From positions 1-59,452 of the IMG/VR virus record IMGVR_UViG_3300037961_003462: 59,452 bases of DNA. One strand, 5' to 3'. A program made the position numbers and the translations under genes. Below the pieces are notes generated by a model. That model was not told the origin of the DNA and made no database searches. It saw nothing but the letters and a program-made list of their open reading frames with translations. This DNA is from a virus (lineage: Duplodnaviria > Caudoviricetes). Shown here one piece after another: positions 1 through 9,627 of this stretch (within the stretch, counting starts at the first letter, position 1; every line of letters starts with the position of its first letter).

Positions 1-2028
1 TTGTTGGTCTTTCTGAAGTTTTTTATTCTTCTTGACCTTTAAAAGCTGATTAGCAATTTTAGTGCTTTTCACCTCTCTTATATCAATCGCATCGTCAAGT
101 CCAATGTCACCCTTTTGAATAGCTATTTGAATGTTCTGTTCTAGCTTGGCCTTATCTTCTTCATCTGGAGCGACATCAACGAAAATGCCAAAGTCATACA
201 TATAATAGTCTTCTATATCTTTTATTATTTCAGACTTATGTCTTCCAATCTGCATGGCTAACTCTTCAGCATGCTCCATGTATTCCATTGCGTCAGATAG
301 TCTAATAGATATTGCCTGAGCAAGTTCTTTTGTTACAAAATGAGATGCATCAAGAATGTGTCGTGTTGCAGTATTGGAATTTGCTGCGGCTAACTTCTGA
401 ACACCAACCAAAGCATTTGAATCAGGAGTAGATCCGTCCCTAGCCTCATTCAGCCCAGTCACATCTCTAATCATTCTTAAGTAATGATTGTAATTGTTTA
501 TTAGGGCAGACATTTTTTGACCTCCCGAATGACCATTGATTGGCTGAATAGGAACTCTAGCATTATTGAAGTCTCCATCTTGTGTAAATGAGCGACCAAC
601 AACAGAACCTGTTTGAAAGTAAAGTCTAAGTGCATCTTCAGGATTGTATGCCGCACCTGTGCCTAAGTCAACCTCGTTAAGGCCATCGGCGTCAATAAAC
701 ACCCCATCTGGAGTCATACGGTTCATAACCTGCTGCAACTTGAGATGTGTAATCTGAATAAGGTCAGCAAAAGGAATCATTCTTCTTACTAAAGACTCTA
801 CATTCCCCTTATAAACTCTAGGTGCAACAGCCACATAGTTTGGCATTGCGTGTTGGGATGAAGATTTAGGCCTAACCATATTCTCCATAAGATTCCACTT
901 AAGTATAATGTTTGTTCCCATCACCATAACGCCCTCGTACCAAACATCAATAGTTTTCTCTACAACCTCAAACTTGCCATCCTCAATCATATCCTTTGGA
1001 GGATTAAAATCAGATGGTTTTTCAATCATTCTGACAGAACCGTTCTCCCCTACTTTCTTTTTGTACTTAAACGTGTTTGTTGTTTTGTAGTTAAAGTAAA
1101 GAAGGGTTGCAGTGTCTTTTCTAAAAGTATCATCCCCATAGGTGCTAGGCTCATTGTTGTAATCATAAAAGCCATAACTATATTCTGATATCTCAGATAA
1201 GTCTTCATTAGTTAAGGATGGGTCTATTTTACGTAACTCATTTACTGGAACGGTTTTAACCTCTCCCCAATAGAAACAATCTTTAAAGTAAGGGTCTTCG
1301 GTATAACTGTGTATAACGTCGGCAGGGTCAACATACTTTACTTCGACACCAGATCCTTCATTAAACTCATGCTTCGCAACACCCATTCCCAAGACAGCAA
1401 TGTCGTAGTTTATTCTTTTCTTTAAATCCTCGTAGAAATTATCTTCTAGTATAGTAGATATAGCAGTTTCGGCAGCAACCTCAATAGATGGCTTATACTT
1501 TAACTGCATAATTAAATCTAACTCCTCATCATTTTCTGGAAGTTCATCCTTGCTAAATGAATATGGATTAATGTTAAACTTTTCAGCCATATTGTCTAAT
1601 ATGGGTCTAGCTAACATCTCTGACTTCAGTCTGTCTTGATATGTGTTTCTTTTATATATAGATGTTGGATCCTGTGCCTTTACCTTTACATCAAAAATCC
1701 TATCTGTCATTCCATTGACAACAATGTCAACAAACTTAGGTATAATAGGAACAGGTGTCCAGTCTAGATTTAAATAGCTAAGGTCGCCATCAACGGCAAT
1801 CTCTTTTTTGTACTTAGATATCGACTGCTCTCCACGAGCGTACAATCTCATTTTGTGAAACTTTCGATACCTATCATAGTATCTACCCCGATTGCCATCT
1901 TTTCTAAACCATTCATATTGGATTGATTGCCCAATCCTTAAACCGAACTCAGGAGTTGCTTTCTTTTCGTCTGAAACAAACTGGTCGGGGAAATAGGTCG
2001 ATGGTATATCTACATTAACTTTCTGCAT
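1..2028 (-). CDS. Portal protein, 5' part (continues across the contig junction into 58919-59353; about 820 aa total)
   Basis: ATG at 2028 directly after the terminase stop; MQKVNVDIPSTYFPDQ...YARGEQSISKYK...LNLDWTPVPIIPKFVDIVVNGM; frame runs to base 1; lies between terminase and scaffold. Missed by the ORF track because it crosses the window edge. Confidence 0.85.
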   Translation of the reverse strand, partial: MQKVNVDIPSTYFPDQFVSDEKKATPEFGLRIGQSIQYEWFRKDGNRGRYYDRYRKFHKMRLYARGEQSISKYKKEIAVDGDLSYLNLDWTPVPIIPKFVDIVVNGMTDRIFDVKVKAQDPTSIYKRNTYQDRLKSEMLARPILDNMAEKFNINPYSFSKDELPENDEELDLIMQLKYKPSIEVAAETAISTILEDNFYEDLKKRINYDIAVLGMGVAKHEFNEGSGVEVKYVDPADVIHSYTEDPYFKDCFYWGEVKTVPVNELRKIDPSLTNEDLSEISEYSYGFYDYNNEPSTYGDDTFRKDTATLLYFNYKTTNTFKYKKKVGENGSVRMIEKPSDFNPPKDMIEDGKFEVVEKTIDVWYEGVMVMGTNIILKWNLMENMVRPKSSSQHAMPNYVAVAPRVYKGNVESLVRRMIPFADLIQITHLKLQQVMNRMTPDGVFIDADGLNEVDLGTGAAYNPEDALRLYFQTGSVVGRSFTQDGDFNNARVPIQPINGHSGGQKMSALINNYNHYLRMIRDVTGLNEARDGSTPDSNALVGVQKLAAANSNTATRHILDASHFVTKELAQAISIRLSDAMEYMEHAEELAMQIGRHKSEIIKDIEDYYMYDFGIFVDVAPDEEDKAKLEQNIQIAIQKGDIGLDDAIDIREVKSTKIANQLLKVKKNKKLQKDQQ
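2..99. repeat. Terminal direct repeat (assembly overlap) identical to 59355-59452
   Basis: 98-bp exact match read directly; lies inside the portal gene, so it reflects circular assembly rather than a physical end. Confidence 0.95.
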
Positions 2029-4272
2029 CTATCTTAATAATTGGCTATTACTACCCTTGTTATTATACCTTGCAAAGTTAATCTTTATTTTTGATTGTTT
2101 AACTTCAGGCTTATATAGGTGTTTTTGGTTGGCCATAATCGCTAGCCCCGAACTAATTGACGCATCATACTTTGTCCTGTTGTTTACATCAAACTTTGCC
2201 CAATCTTCTAGAGTTTTCACAAAAGGCATTGAACCTATGTCTCCCATCTCTCTAAACTCTCCTGTCATGTCAAGCCCAACATATTTTTCAATATACGACT
2301 CTATAGCGGATGCGTGAGCCTGTTTTACGTCCTCAGATGAGTTGGGTATGCCCCCTATCTCTCTTTCGGTCTTAGAGAGTTTGTTAGAGGCCTTGTCGGG
2401 CCTGTTCATGGAAAACGCCCTATACCCTCTATTCTTAAAATGATAAAGGAGCCTAGCCTTATTGTTCTCCGCAAGTATTGGCATACCATAAAACACACAG
2501 GCCATAAGCACATCTTCAAAGAACATCTCTGCTGTTTGTGGCCTAGCAATGTACTCTAAGAAAAACTCATTAGAAGGGCCCTCGTCCATGTGAAACTTGG
2601 TAAGCCCATGAAGCGCACCATTAGACGCTCCCCCTCCTACAGTTCCTGATATATCATAAGGGTCGCATCCGAAAGACCCCATGTGCTCGTTGCCAGGGTA
2701 TCTTCTGCCTCCCCTCATAATTACATTATTCTGCAAATGAGCTGGAGGAATCCAAGACAGTAAGAACCTACCGTTATTATCAGGACTCCAAACCACTTTG
2801 CTATCAGGACCATCCTTCCAATAGAACTTACCCCTTGTGACAAAATGCTCCTTTATTACAGAATCATTGTAGTCTATTTGCTGATATATCTTTGTGAGAT
2901 TAAATATAGATGACTTGCTCTCATCTCTGAAAGCATGCGACTCTGTTCTTGGGAACTGACGGTAAAACTCATTTAATGCATTCCCATCAGACTTCAGAGA
3001 CTTCACTTCGTTATCCCAATATGTAATAGCACCCGTAGATATCATCTCGCCATCCACTCCCTCTAGTTCAACGATAGGATCATCAAACACGGGCCACCCA
3101 AACTTGTTTATATACCCCTCGAAGTTCCACTCCATTGGAATAAACAATGAATACAGCCCACTCTTTGTCTGCCCGTTCGGGTTTCTTGTGGAGGGGTCCG
3201 AGTCCATATATAGTTTCTTGAAGTTGTCACCACCCTTGTTCAGTGCGTTACACGTAGACCCCATCATACACTTGCCAACGACACGACTACCTAGCCTCAA
3301 GCAGGTCTTAGTTACACGCCAATTGTTTAGAATGTTCTCAGGCTTATCCCACTTACCACTCTCGTCGTGTATTAGTAGTTTTAGTTTCTCACCATCGTAA
3401 CTATTGTCGGCTGTGTTCTTCCAGTCAATAGTAGTGTCAAGGCCATCCATATCATCGTCCATAACCTCGTGCATGTTCTTCTTTGTAATCTTAGAAGCCG
3501 GAACACGGAACGCCAACTCAGTCTTCGGCTTATCCATACCATCCTGAATAGGCTTAAAGAAAAATGGATAGTTGTTGGCTATCGGTACAATCTTGTCTAC
3601 AAATAGCTTCTTAGCATCACCTCCTGTCTTTGACAACACGCCAAGCCTAGAGTCCTTAGCTAACGTTCCCACATTTACAGACTCTGAAGCACCCATAAAC
3701 GAAAATCCTGAACGCCTAATCTTTAGGTAGCACATACCAAAGCACCTCTTATCCGCCTTGCAGGCCTCCCAGTATATGAAGAATATTCTATTGGCCTCTC
3801 TAAAGTCAGGATACCCAACGTCAATCTTAGTCCACTGCAAGTACATGTAATGAGACCCTGTAAGGTAGGTTGGCTCACCATGGTTCATATACCAAAAACC
3901 ATTCTCTCGGTTATCAAATTCCTGCTCGATATAGTCAACCCACATTGACTTGAAGTCAGACAACATTTCGTTCCATTGAAAGATTGACTTTATCCTATTT
4001 AGTTGTCTAGGATATTCCTTGCGCTCCCAATACTGCTCGTCTTTCTTTTTACTCCTAGAGTAAACATTCTTGGGTTGTTCGGGTAGACCTATAATAAGTC
4101 CATTAATATTGTACACCTCCCCTAGCGTACCATCTTTTGAGATGATTATAATATCGTACTTTTCGTCGTAGCCATACTTCCAGCTCTTCCCCTTGTTCTT
4201 TTGTCTTATGACTTGCTTGGGGATGCCTGAGTCTACAACTCGATATAAACTATTTTGACCTTCGTTCAGCAA
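2029..4272 (-). CDS. terL: Terminase large subunit
   Basis: Walker A-like KIRRSGFS, Walker B LLIHDE, RNase H-like GCDPYD; upstream of portal. Start uncertain: TTG at 4272 chosen; frame open to 4347. Confidence 0.9.
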   Translation of the reverse strand: MLNEGQNSLYRVVDSGIPKQVIRQKNKGKSWKYGYDEKYDIIIISKDGTLGEVYNINGLIIGLPEQPKNVYSRSKKKDEQYWERKEYPRQLNRIKSIFQWNEMLSDFKSMWVDYIEQEFDNRENGFWYMNHGEPTYLTGSHYMYLQWTKIDVGYPDFREANRIFFIYWEACKADKRCFGMCYLKIRRSGFSFMGASESVNVGTLAKDSRLGVLSKTGGDAKKLFVDKIVPIANNYPFFFKPIQDGMDKPKTELAFRVPASKITKKNMHEVMDDDMDGLDTTIDWKNTADNSYDGEKLKLLIHDESGKWDKPENILNNWRVTKTCLRLGSRVVGKCMMGSTCNALNKGGDNFKKLYMDSDPSTRNPNGQTKSGLYSLFIPMEWNFEGYINKFGWPVFDDPIVELEGVDGEMISTGAITYWDNEVKSLKSDGNALNEFYRQFPRTESHAFRDESKSSIFNLTKIYQQIDYNDSVIKEHFVTRGKFYWKDGPDSKVVWSPDNNGRFLLSWIPPAHLQNNVIMRGGRRYPGNEHMGSFGCDPYDISGTVGGGASNGALHGLTKFHMDEGPSNEFFLEYIARPQTAEMFFEDVLMACVFYGMPILAENNKARLLYHFKNRGYRAFSMNRPDKASNKLSKTEREIGGIPNSSEDVKQAHASAIESYIEKYVGLDMTGEFREMGDIGSMPFVKTLEDWAKFDVNNRTKYDASISSGLAIMANQKHLYKPEVKQSKIKINFARYNNKGSNSQLLR
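2073..2080 (-). promoter_or_regulatory. Bacteroidota -7 promoter element (TAACTTTG) for the portal gene
   Basis: Matches TAnnTTTG, 44 nt upstream of the portal ATG. Confidence 0.5.
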
Positions 4273-4561
4273 ATCCTCTAGTTGAACTTTTAACTTCGTT
4301 AAGTGCCTCTTTCTCCGCCTCGATTCTTGATAGTATCTCAAACGCATCGAATATGGCTAGTTTCTTTGTTGCAGCAGCATTCTTAAGCCTATCAGCAGCA
4401 AGTTCATCATCAGGATCTGGCTTGATGATATTTTCCTCAGCCACCTTGATGAGTTGTTGCACGGCCTTATAACCTGCATCAATAATTTTTTTCTTTATCT
4501 CTGAAGTGTTCGCTGTACTTTTTGTCCCAGCTCCAGTCTCCTGTTTTTTTGAATTGCTCAT
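4250..4561 (-). CDS. Putative terminase small subunit
   Basis: Helical protein (LAADRLKNAAATKKLAIFDAFEIL) immediately upstream of and overlapping terL; ATG at 4561. Confidence 0.6.
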   Translation of the reverse strand: MSNSKKQETGAGTKSTANTSEIKKKIIDAGYKAVQQLIKVAEENIIKPDPDDELAADRLKNAAATKKLAIFDAFEILSRIEAEKEALNEVKSSTRGFAERRSK

Positions 4562-4658
4562 AAATCCATATTGCATCAGGGCATCTCTGCCATCTGTACT
4601 TTCCTTTTATTCTTTTCAATTTGCATCCGCATTGAAGCCACCTTTCTACTTTTTCCAC
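4479..4658 (-). CDS. Small basic Cys-containing protein (59 aa, GTG start)
   Basis: MEKVERWLQCGCKLKRIKGKYRWQRCPDAIW... translated by hand; fills the gap between the GroES-like gene and terS. Confidence 0.4.
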   Translation of the reverse strand: MEKVERWLQCGCKLKRIKGKYRWQRCPDAIWIYEQFKKTGDWSWDKKYSEHFRDKEKNY

Positions 4659-5215
4659 TGAATCGTAATGTTCTCGGTAAACATCCTGTACAGGTCCTCC
4701 CCATCTATCTTAAACTCATATTCGCTATCAGGCTCAAAAGATATCCTGTCCCCAACGCTAAGACCTAAATCTACAAGCTCCTTATTAATATACTTAATCT
4801 TACCAATAAGTGGCTGATGTGAGAGCGGATTAAATAGCCAAGATTGCTCAGGCCCTACCGGCTCTATGAAGCAGTATTTGCCTGGACACTTCCAATCAAC
4901 GCCATCATTGTATAAGAAAAACTGATCGTGGTCAACCAAGAATAGGTCGTCCTTGAAGAAACTCTTACCACTCCTGTGGTTACCCTTCATGTCGTAGTAT
5001 GTTCTGAAAACATTATGGTGCACCAAGATAGTATCACCGACCTTTACGTCGCCATCATAATTTATTGGAACGGAGAGAACCTCTGCCTCTCTATTTGTAA
5101 CCGTATGGTCTTCAGGAGATATACTTAAAATAAAATCAACGTCACCTATCTTCTTTGTGTTGTTGTATCTCCGTCCGCCTTTAGGTTTAACTAAAAACGA
5201 ATGAATTGATTGCAT
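4646..5215 (-). CDS. GroES-like protein with two tandem GroES-type domains
   Basis: Twice-repeated pattern FLVKP...AEVLSVP...VKVGDTILV and CFIEPV...GKIKYI...VGDRISF. Confidence 0.55.
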   Translation of the reverse strand: MQSIHSFLVKPKGGRRYNNTKKIGDVDFILSISPEDHTVTNREAEVLSVPINYDGDVKVGDTILVHHNVFRTYYDMKGNHRSGKSFFKDDLFLVDHDQFFLYNDGVDWKCPGKYCFIEPVGPEQSWLFNPLSHQPLIGKIKYINKELVDLGLSVGDRISFEPDSEYEFKIDGEDLYRMFTENITIQWKK

Positions 5216-5434
5216 TTAAAAATTTATATTATATTCTACCGACACCGGCATTGTTGGCCCAAAAGACTTCCAAAGCAAAACCTCGTCACCCTTTTGAATC
5301 CATATCTTATACTCAGCACCCTCCAAGTCTATAAGATGTATTTTATATCCACCACCTAGCACATCCTGTCCAAGGATATAGTGCATCGCACTACTCTTGT
5401 AGTCCGCCCCTATTGAAATTTTTCTGATTTGCAT
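5216..5434 (-). CDS. Hypothetical protein
   Basis: MQIRKISIGADYKSSAMHY; ATG 5434 overlaps the upstream stop. Confidence 0.7.
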   Translation of the reverse strand: MQIRKISIGADYKSSAMHYILGQDVLGGGYKIHLIDLEGAEYKIWIQKGDEVLLWKSFGPTMPVSVEYNINF

Positions 5435-5721
5435 TAGAAAGTGCTTATGGCTACTCTCTTCCAAGTGTCTGTAGCGACACAAACATAAAAGTGAGTAGAA
5501 TCAAATGCTATTTGTCCAGCTGTTCCTGTGTCCGAAGCACTTGATGGTACGGAAGAGCTGATAATTAAATTGGATCCAACATTAGCGGCTACGTGACTAG
5601 TTATATTAGCCATCGTAAATGTTTTGGTAGCGTTTGAAGACCCTGCATCAGTTCCTATTACATAGTCAGCGGCAGCTGGCGTTACCGATGCGTACTTTGA
5701 AGTATCAGATATTTTCCCCAT
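5434..5721 (-). CDS. Small virion/fibre-like protein
   Basis: C-terminal PSSASDTGTAGQIAFDSTHFYVCVATDTWKRV motif typical of phage fibre or spike segments. Confidence 0.6.
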   Translation of the reverse strand: MGKISDTSKYASVTPAAADYVIGTDAGSSNATKTFTMANITSHVAANVGSNLIISSSVPSSASDTGTAGQIAFDSTHFYVCVATDTWKRVAISTF

Positions 5722-5959
5722 TTTTTACTTTTTCGTATGTTCTCATTCCGCTTAGACCAAGCATTGTTACAAGGACAGTTATTAAGTGATCCATCTGCAC
5801 AGGCTCTCCCAAGCGTTCTGTGAAGATAACAATAATATCTCTAGCGATAAAGTTGTATAAAAGTGCCAACCCACACACCCAACCTATAGTCGGTCTCCAG
5901 CCAGCACGAAACATCTCCCAACCTTTACTCTCCAGAATTGAGCTCGTAAAGTCTTTCAT
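5705..5959 (-). CDS. Holin (3TM gene-transfer-release holin family-like)
   Basis: GWRPTIGWVC and MLGLSGMRTYEK motifs, hydrophobic segments. Confidence 0.75.
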   Translation of the reverse strand: MKDFTSSILESKGWEMFRAGWRPTIGWVCGLALLYNFIARDIIVIFTERLGEPVQMDHLITVLVTMLGLSGMRTYEKVKNGENI

Positions 5960-6185
5960 CTAGTTTGTCGATTTTAGTATTCATTACGTCAAGCTGTCTT
6001 TGGATCCCGTCGAGAGAAACTTTAATCTCTTCAGCGGATATCTCCTGCGGAGGAAGCATCTTTGCCTCATCTATTTCAGCTTTTAATTCAAAGTATGCCA
6101 CGAATACTGAGAATATAATTCCCATTATCCATACAAAGGTTGACATTGGCATGCCGACAACGGTATCTTTCGTTATCAGTTTCAT
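5925..6185 (-). CDS. Single-pass membrane protein with coiled coil
   Basis: TM segment FVWIMGIIFSVFVAYF followed by heptad repeats. Confidence 0.65.
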   Translation of the reverse strand: MKLITKDTVVGMPMSTFVWIMGIIFSVFVAYFELKAEIDEAKMLPPQEISAEEIKVSLDGIQRQLDVMNTKIDKLDERLYELNSGE

Positions 6186-6206
6186 GCCCTTAAAATTACT
6201 ATTTTT

Positions 6207-6935
6207 TTACCATTGCAAAAACTTAGGCGAATAGTGGATACCCACACCTATGTAATGCCTTGTTTGGCCCGTTGTTGTGATGCCTATACCCGTCTGAAAA
6301 CCAACGCCAAATGATTTTCGTACCTTAACGAGTTGCTTCGGGTCTACTAGTATAGCGTTGGCATTGTTGAACCTAACTCCTGGGTAGTCAGTTCTCATTC
6401 TAAAGAACACCTCACCCGTTTTATTGTTCCGTTCTATTGTGTTCTCAACCCATATGTCCTGCTCTAGGTTTATTATAGCATCCGCCACTACCACGCCATC
6501 GGTAGGTATGGTCACCTCGATGGATCTGTTGCTCTTGCCGAACGTGTCTGTTCGCTCCACGTATATCTGCTTGTAGAACGTGTCGGTGTTTACTATAGTA
6601 ATCGTGTCGTATATGAACGCAGGCACTTCAATAGTCTCTCGTATCTCTGTTGTCTGATTGGTTATGGTTACAGGTGGCTGAGACCTATCAACTGCTATGC
6701 TGTCCGCTAGTTCGTCCAGCTTTAGGTTTAGTGCCCTGATGTCAGCAGCGTATAGCCCATCGCTATCCATGTAGTTTCGGATAGTGTCTAGTAATGCAAC
6801 GTTATTATTATTGATTCGCTGTATCTCCTGCTGGTATTCCTTCTCCTGCTCACACTTGTTTAGTAGCATGAACGCAAGGAATATGCAGAACATATATGGT
6901 ATGGCTTCGTTTAAATTAAATTTATGTCGCCTCAT
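6207..6935 (-). CDS. Membrane-anchored coiled-coil protein with C-terminal beta-strands (spanin candidate)
   Basis: ATG 6935 in ATGA overlap; N-terminal hydrophobic stretch ending LLNKC, coiled coil, Gly/aromatic beta-hairpin ending in W. Confidence 0.55.
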   Translation of the reverse strand: MRRHKFNLNEAIPYMFCIFLAFMLLNKCEQEKEYQQEIQRINNNNVALLDTIRNYMDSDGLYAADIRALNLKLDELADSIAVDRSQPPVTITNQTTEIRETIEVPAFIYDTITIVNTDTFYKQIYVERTDTFGKSNRSIEVTIPTDGVVVADAIINLEQDIWVENTIERNNKTGEVFFRMRTDYPGVRFNNANAILVDPKQLVKVRKSFGVGFQTGIGITTTGQTRHYIGVGIHYSPKFLQW

Positions 6936-7177
6936 ATACCGCTTGACAGATAACCTTGCTCTTCTGCTTCTGCTTGTGTTATCCATTCCACACCAATTAA
7001 TACTGAACGCGTAGGAATAGATCCATCAACAGCTAACACCCAATCTGTGCCGTTGGTATACCACGGATAGCTGTAAGTCGTACCACGTTGGTCAGGTGGT
7101 TGCCACGCATAAAGGTCGTAAATGTCAGCCGATGCCATTCTTGCCTCGTCCTCTGTTATGTACTTGTAGTATTTCAT
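6932..7177 (-). CDS. Small hypothetical protein downstream of fibre gene
   Basis: 81-aa ORF in tight operon. Confidence 0.65.
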   Translation of the reverse strand: MKYYKYITEDEARMASADIYDLYAWQPPDQRGTTYSYPWYTNGTDWVLAVDGSIPTRSVLIGVEWITQAEAEEQGYLSSGI

Positions 7178-7178
7178 C

Positions 7179-8018
7179 TTAGTATATTGTATAATGTCCG
7201 TTGATTGCTGTTTCTATATCTGACTGTATGCTTGACTTGTCTCCTTGATATACGATAAATTCTTGCATATCCCACATATCTGGACTGCTAAAACTATATC
7301 CAAGCCTAAAATCAAAAGCACCGCTTCCTATTGATAAGTTACCGTCAACCGTTATTAAAGTCTGCGAAGTATTATCATCGTGTAGCACGTTGCGGTTAGA
7401 TGGAGAATACGATGCACCATTCCTACGATAAGTGTCAGACGAATAATTACTACTTTTTATTGCTGTTGAAGTACTCCCATCTTGTGCGCCAAGTTGCCAT
7501 CTGTTAGGCTGATTTTCAGCGTATAAAACACAAAAATCATTAGTATTGCAAACAGAGAAAAAGAAGTATTGACCTGTTGCAGGTATATATGTTGACTTTG
7601 GATCAATCAAATCAAGGTGTGTCGCATAACTTGCATTGTTGCCTTCGATTACAGGCTTGCCGTTGCTTTTTAATACTGCACCACTTGATACGATTTTAGG
7701 TTGTTCTGCTGTTGTAGAGTTTTCTATGTTGCCTCCATTACCACTTTGGTCGTACCACTTAACAACAAATCCATCGCCACTTCCGCAATGCGTAAGCAAT
7801 GCAGACTCGTCAAGGTTGCCACTACTATCGAACCCAATATCTAACTCAACACTTGAGCCATTGCGTACACGCATACAATTACCCGTGTAATCTGCTCTTA
7901 GTTTGCGTACCGAGTAGGCAAGTATATTATCCGTGCCATAATCATCTAGTAGAAACGAAGAAGATGCCACCCGAATAACATCCCTTCCTATTGATATGGC
8001 GTTAGATATAGATATCAT
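7179..8018 (-). CDS. Putative head fibre/spike with ConA/arabinofuranosidase-B-like lectin domain
   Basis: AYSVRKLRADYTGNCMRVR...DIGFD...GFVVKWYDQSGNG motif; N-terminus MISISNAIS. Confidence 0.6.
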   Translation of the reverse strand: MISISNAISIGRDVIRVASSSFLLDDYGTDNILAYSVRKLRADYTGNCMRVRNGSSVELDIGFDSSGNLDESALLTHCGSGDGFVVKWYDQSGNGGNIENSTTAEQPKIVSSGAVLKSNGKPVIEGNNASYATHLDLIDPKSTYIPATGQYFFFSVCNTNDFCVLYAENQPNRWQLGAQDGSTSTAIKSSNYSSDTYRRNGASYSPSNRNVLHDDNTSQTLITVDGNLSIGSGAFDFRLGYSFSSPDMWDMQEFIVYQGDKSSIQSDIETAINGHYTIY

Positions 8019-8020
8019 AA

Positions 8021-8284
8021 TTACACTTCTTCATCCACCCATCCTGAGTAAACTACAAATTGACCATCTACAGTGTAAGTGTATTTGCTGATAATAAACT
8101 CATCATCAGGTAGCTGAGTACCCTCAGGGACATCAACTATTTCTAACGTATCTGTGGAGTTGGCTCTCTGCACTTTATGCGGAGCAGCGTCGTTCCAAGC
8201 ATAGTACACGCCATCGTCCTCAAGTATAATATTGTCTGCTATCAAGCAAATTTGTCTTTCTATTTCTGTTACTAAAAATTTCAT
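8021..8284 (-). CDS. Small acidic hypothetical protein downstream of fibre gene
   Basis: 87-aa ORF in tight operon. Confidence 0.65.
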   Translation of the reverse strand: MKFLVTEIERQICLIADNIILEDDGVYYAWNDAAPHKVQRANSTDTLEIVDVPEGTQLPDDEFIISKYTYTVDGQFVVYSGWVDEEV

Positions 8285-9627
8285 TACGAATTTGTTATTT
8301 CAAAGTTATTCATTGCTACACCTCTAAATTGTGTACCTATACCTTGTGTTCTAAAAGCAGCTAAGGCTATGCCGTGGTCTGTGTCAGCTTGGCCTACAAA
8401 TACTTGTCGCATTGAGTGACCACTTGTTGGATTGCTTGTGTCTTCTAATACAATATCTGAATCAGATGAGTCGAATTTTGATACATCCCAAGTATTTGCA
8501 CTTGAGTCATAGTAAACAGGAAACACTTGAACATCGCCTGTGCTTGAACCACTGCTCCAAAAGGCTGTTTCAAGTATATATTCAGTTTTACTGTCTTCTT
8601 CGCCATTATAATATTTACGCAAAGTATGCTCAAGGCCTCGCTTGTTAGTGTCTCCAAAACTTGAGGGTGTGCCGACAGTTAAAGTAGTGCCATTCCAAGT
8701 ACAAGTAGTTAATTCTACATCATAGTTAATCCTATCTAAATACATTAACGGAGCTTTGCCGTCCTCAATGCTCCAAGGAATGTCACCCATAAGGTGGTTA
8801 GAGCCACTTTTATAAAGAGTATCACCTACGGCTTCTACAAGTGTGTTTGTGCTTGCGTTGTACTCGTATACAGCGTAGTATAATACACCTGTCGCAGTTG
8901 CTGCCTTAGCATAAAATATCGCAAAGCAATGCTTGCCTCCTACCGTTCCTAAGTTGACAAGTTGATTCATACCATTACCAGACCCACTTACACCCATTGG
9001 GTAAAGTATTCCTCGACTTGTAATCGTCTCACCGTCTATGTCTAAATCCCATACCCTTGCATAAGGAAAAGCACCTGCCCTTGTTAGACCTGTAGATGCA
9101 ATTGTATATACATTGTCACTTGGCTTATTTATAACTGCAAATTTAGGTAGCCTATCTATATAGTTGGTTGTGTCTCCATCATTGACTGTGAAGTCTATGG
9201 TTACGTTATTTGTCCCACCATTATATGTACACACCTTAAATACGTTCCCTGTTCCTACTTCGGGACACATCATAACACATTTAGAGTCTGTTAACCTAAG
9301 CACACTAAAAGCCTGACCTCTAGCATATGGGTCAAAGTCAGCAGTCCCATTAAAAACGGCTGTAGTAGATGAACTAGTGGTCAGAGTTGAACCACTTTGA
9401 GTTACACCGATCGCTGTTAAATCTTGATTGTCTGCATTACCCGCTTGTGCAAACGCATATACATATCGACCTAATTGAAGTTCAACGCCCCTGCCATTTA
9501 TATTGGCATCGTTACCGCCAGTTATAATATTTGATTGCGTACCAGCGTTAGCGATTCCACTTATACTAGCCACTAATTCTGCAAGAACTCTCCTACCAAC
9601 TGATATGGCGTTGGATATTGATATCAT
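8284..9627 (-). CDS. Putative head fibre/spike, beta-rich (propeller-like)
   Basis: S/T/G/N-rich beta-type sequence; same N-terminus MISISNAIS as 7179-8018. Confidence 0.55.
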   Translation of the reverse strand: MISISNAISVGRRVLAELVASISGIANAGTQSNIITGGNDANINGRGVELQLGRYVYAFAQAGNADNQDLTAIGVTQSGSTLTTSSSTTAVFNGTADFDPYARGQAFSVLRLTDSKCVMMCPEVGTGNVFKVCTYNGGTNNVTIDFTVNDGDTTNYIDRLPKFAVINKPSDNVYTIASTGLTRAGAFPYARVWDLDIDGETITSRGILYPMGVSGSGNGMNQLVNLGTVGGKHCFAIFYAKAATATGVLYYAVYEYNASTNTLVEAVGDTLYKSGSNHLMGDIPWSIEDGKAPLMYLDRINYDVELTTCTWNGTTLTVGTPSSFGDTNKRGLEHTLRKYYNGEEDSKTEYILETAFWSSGSSTGDVQVFPVYYDSSANTWDVSKFDSSDSDIVLEDTSNPTSGHSMRQVFVGQADTDHGIALAAFRTQGIGTQFRGVAMNNFEITNS

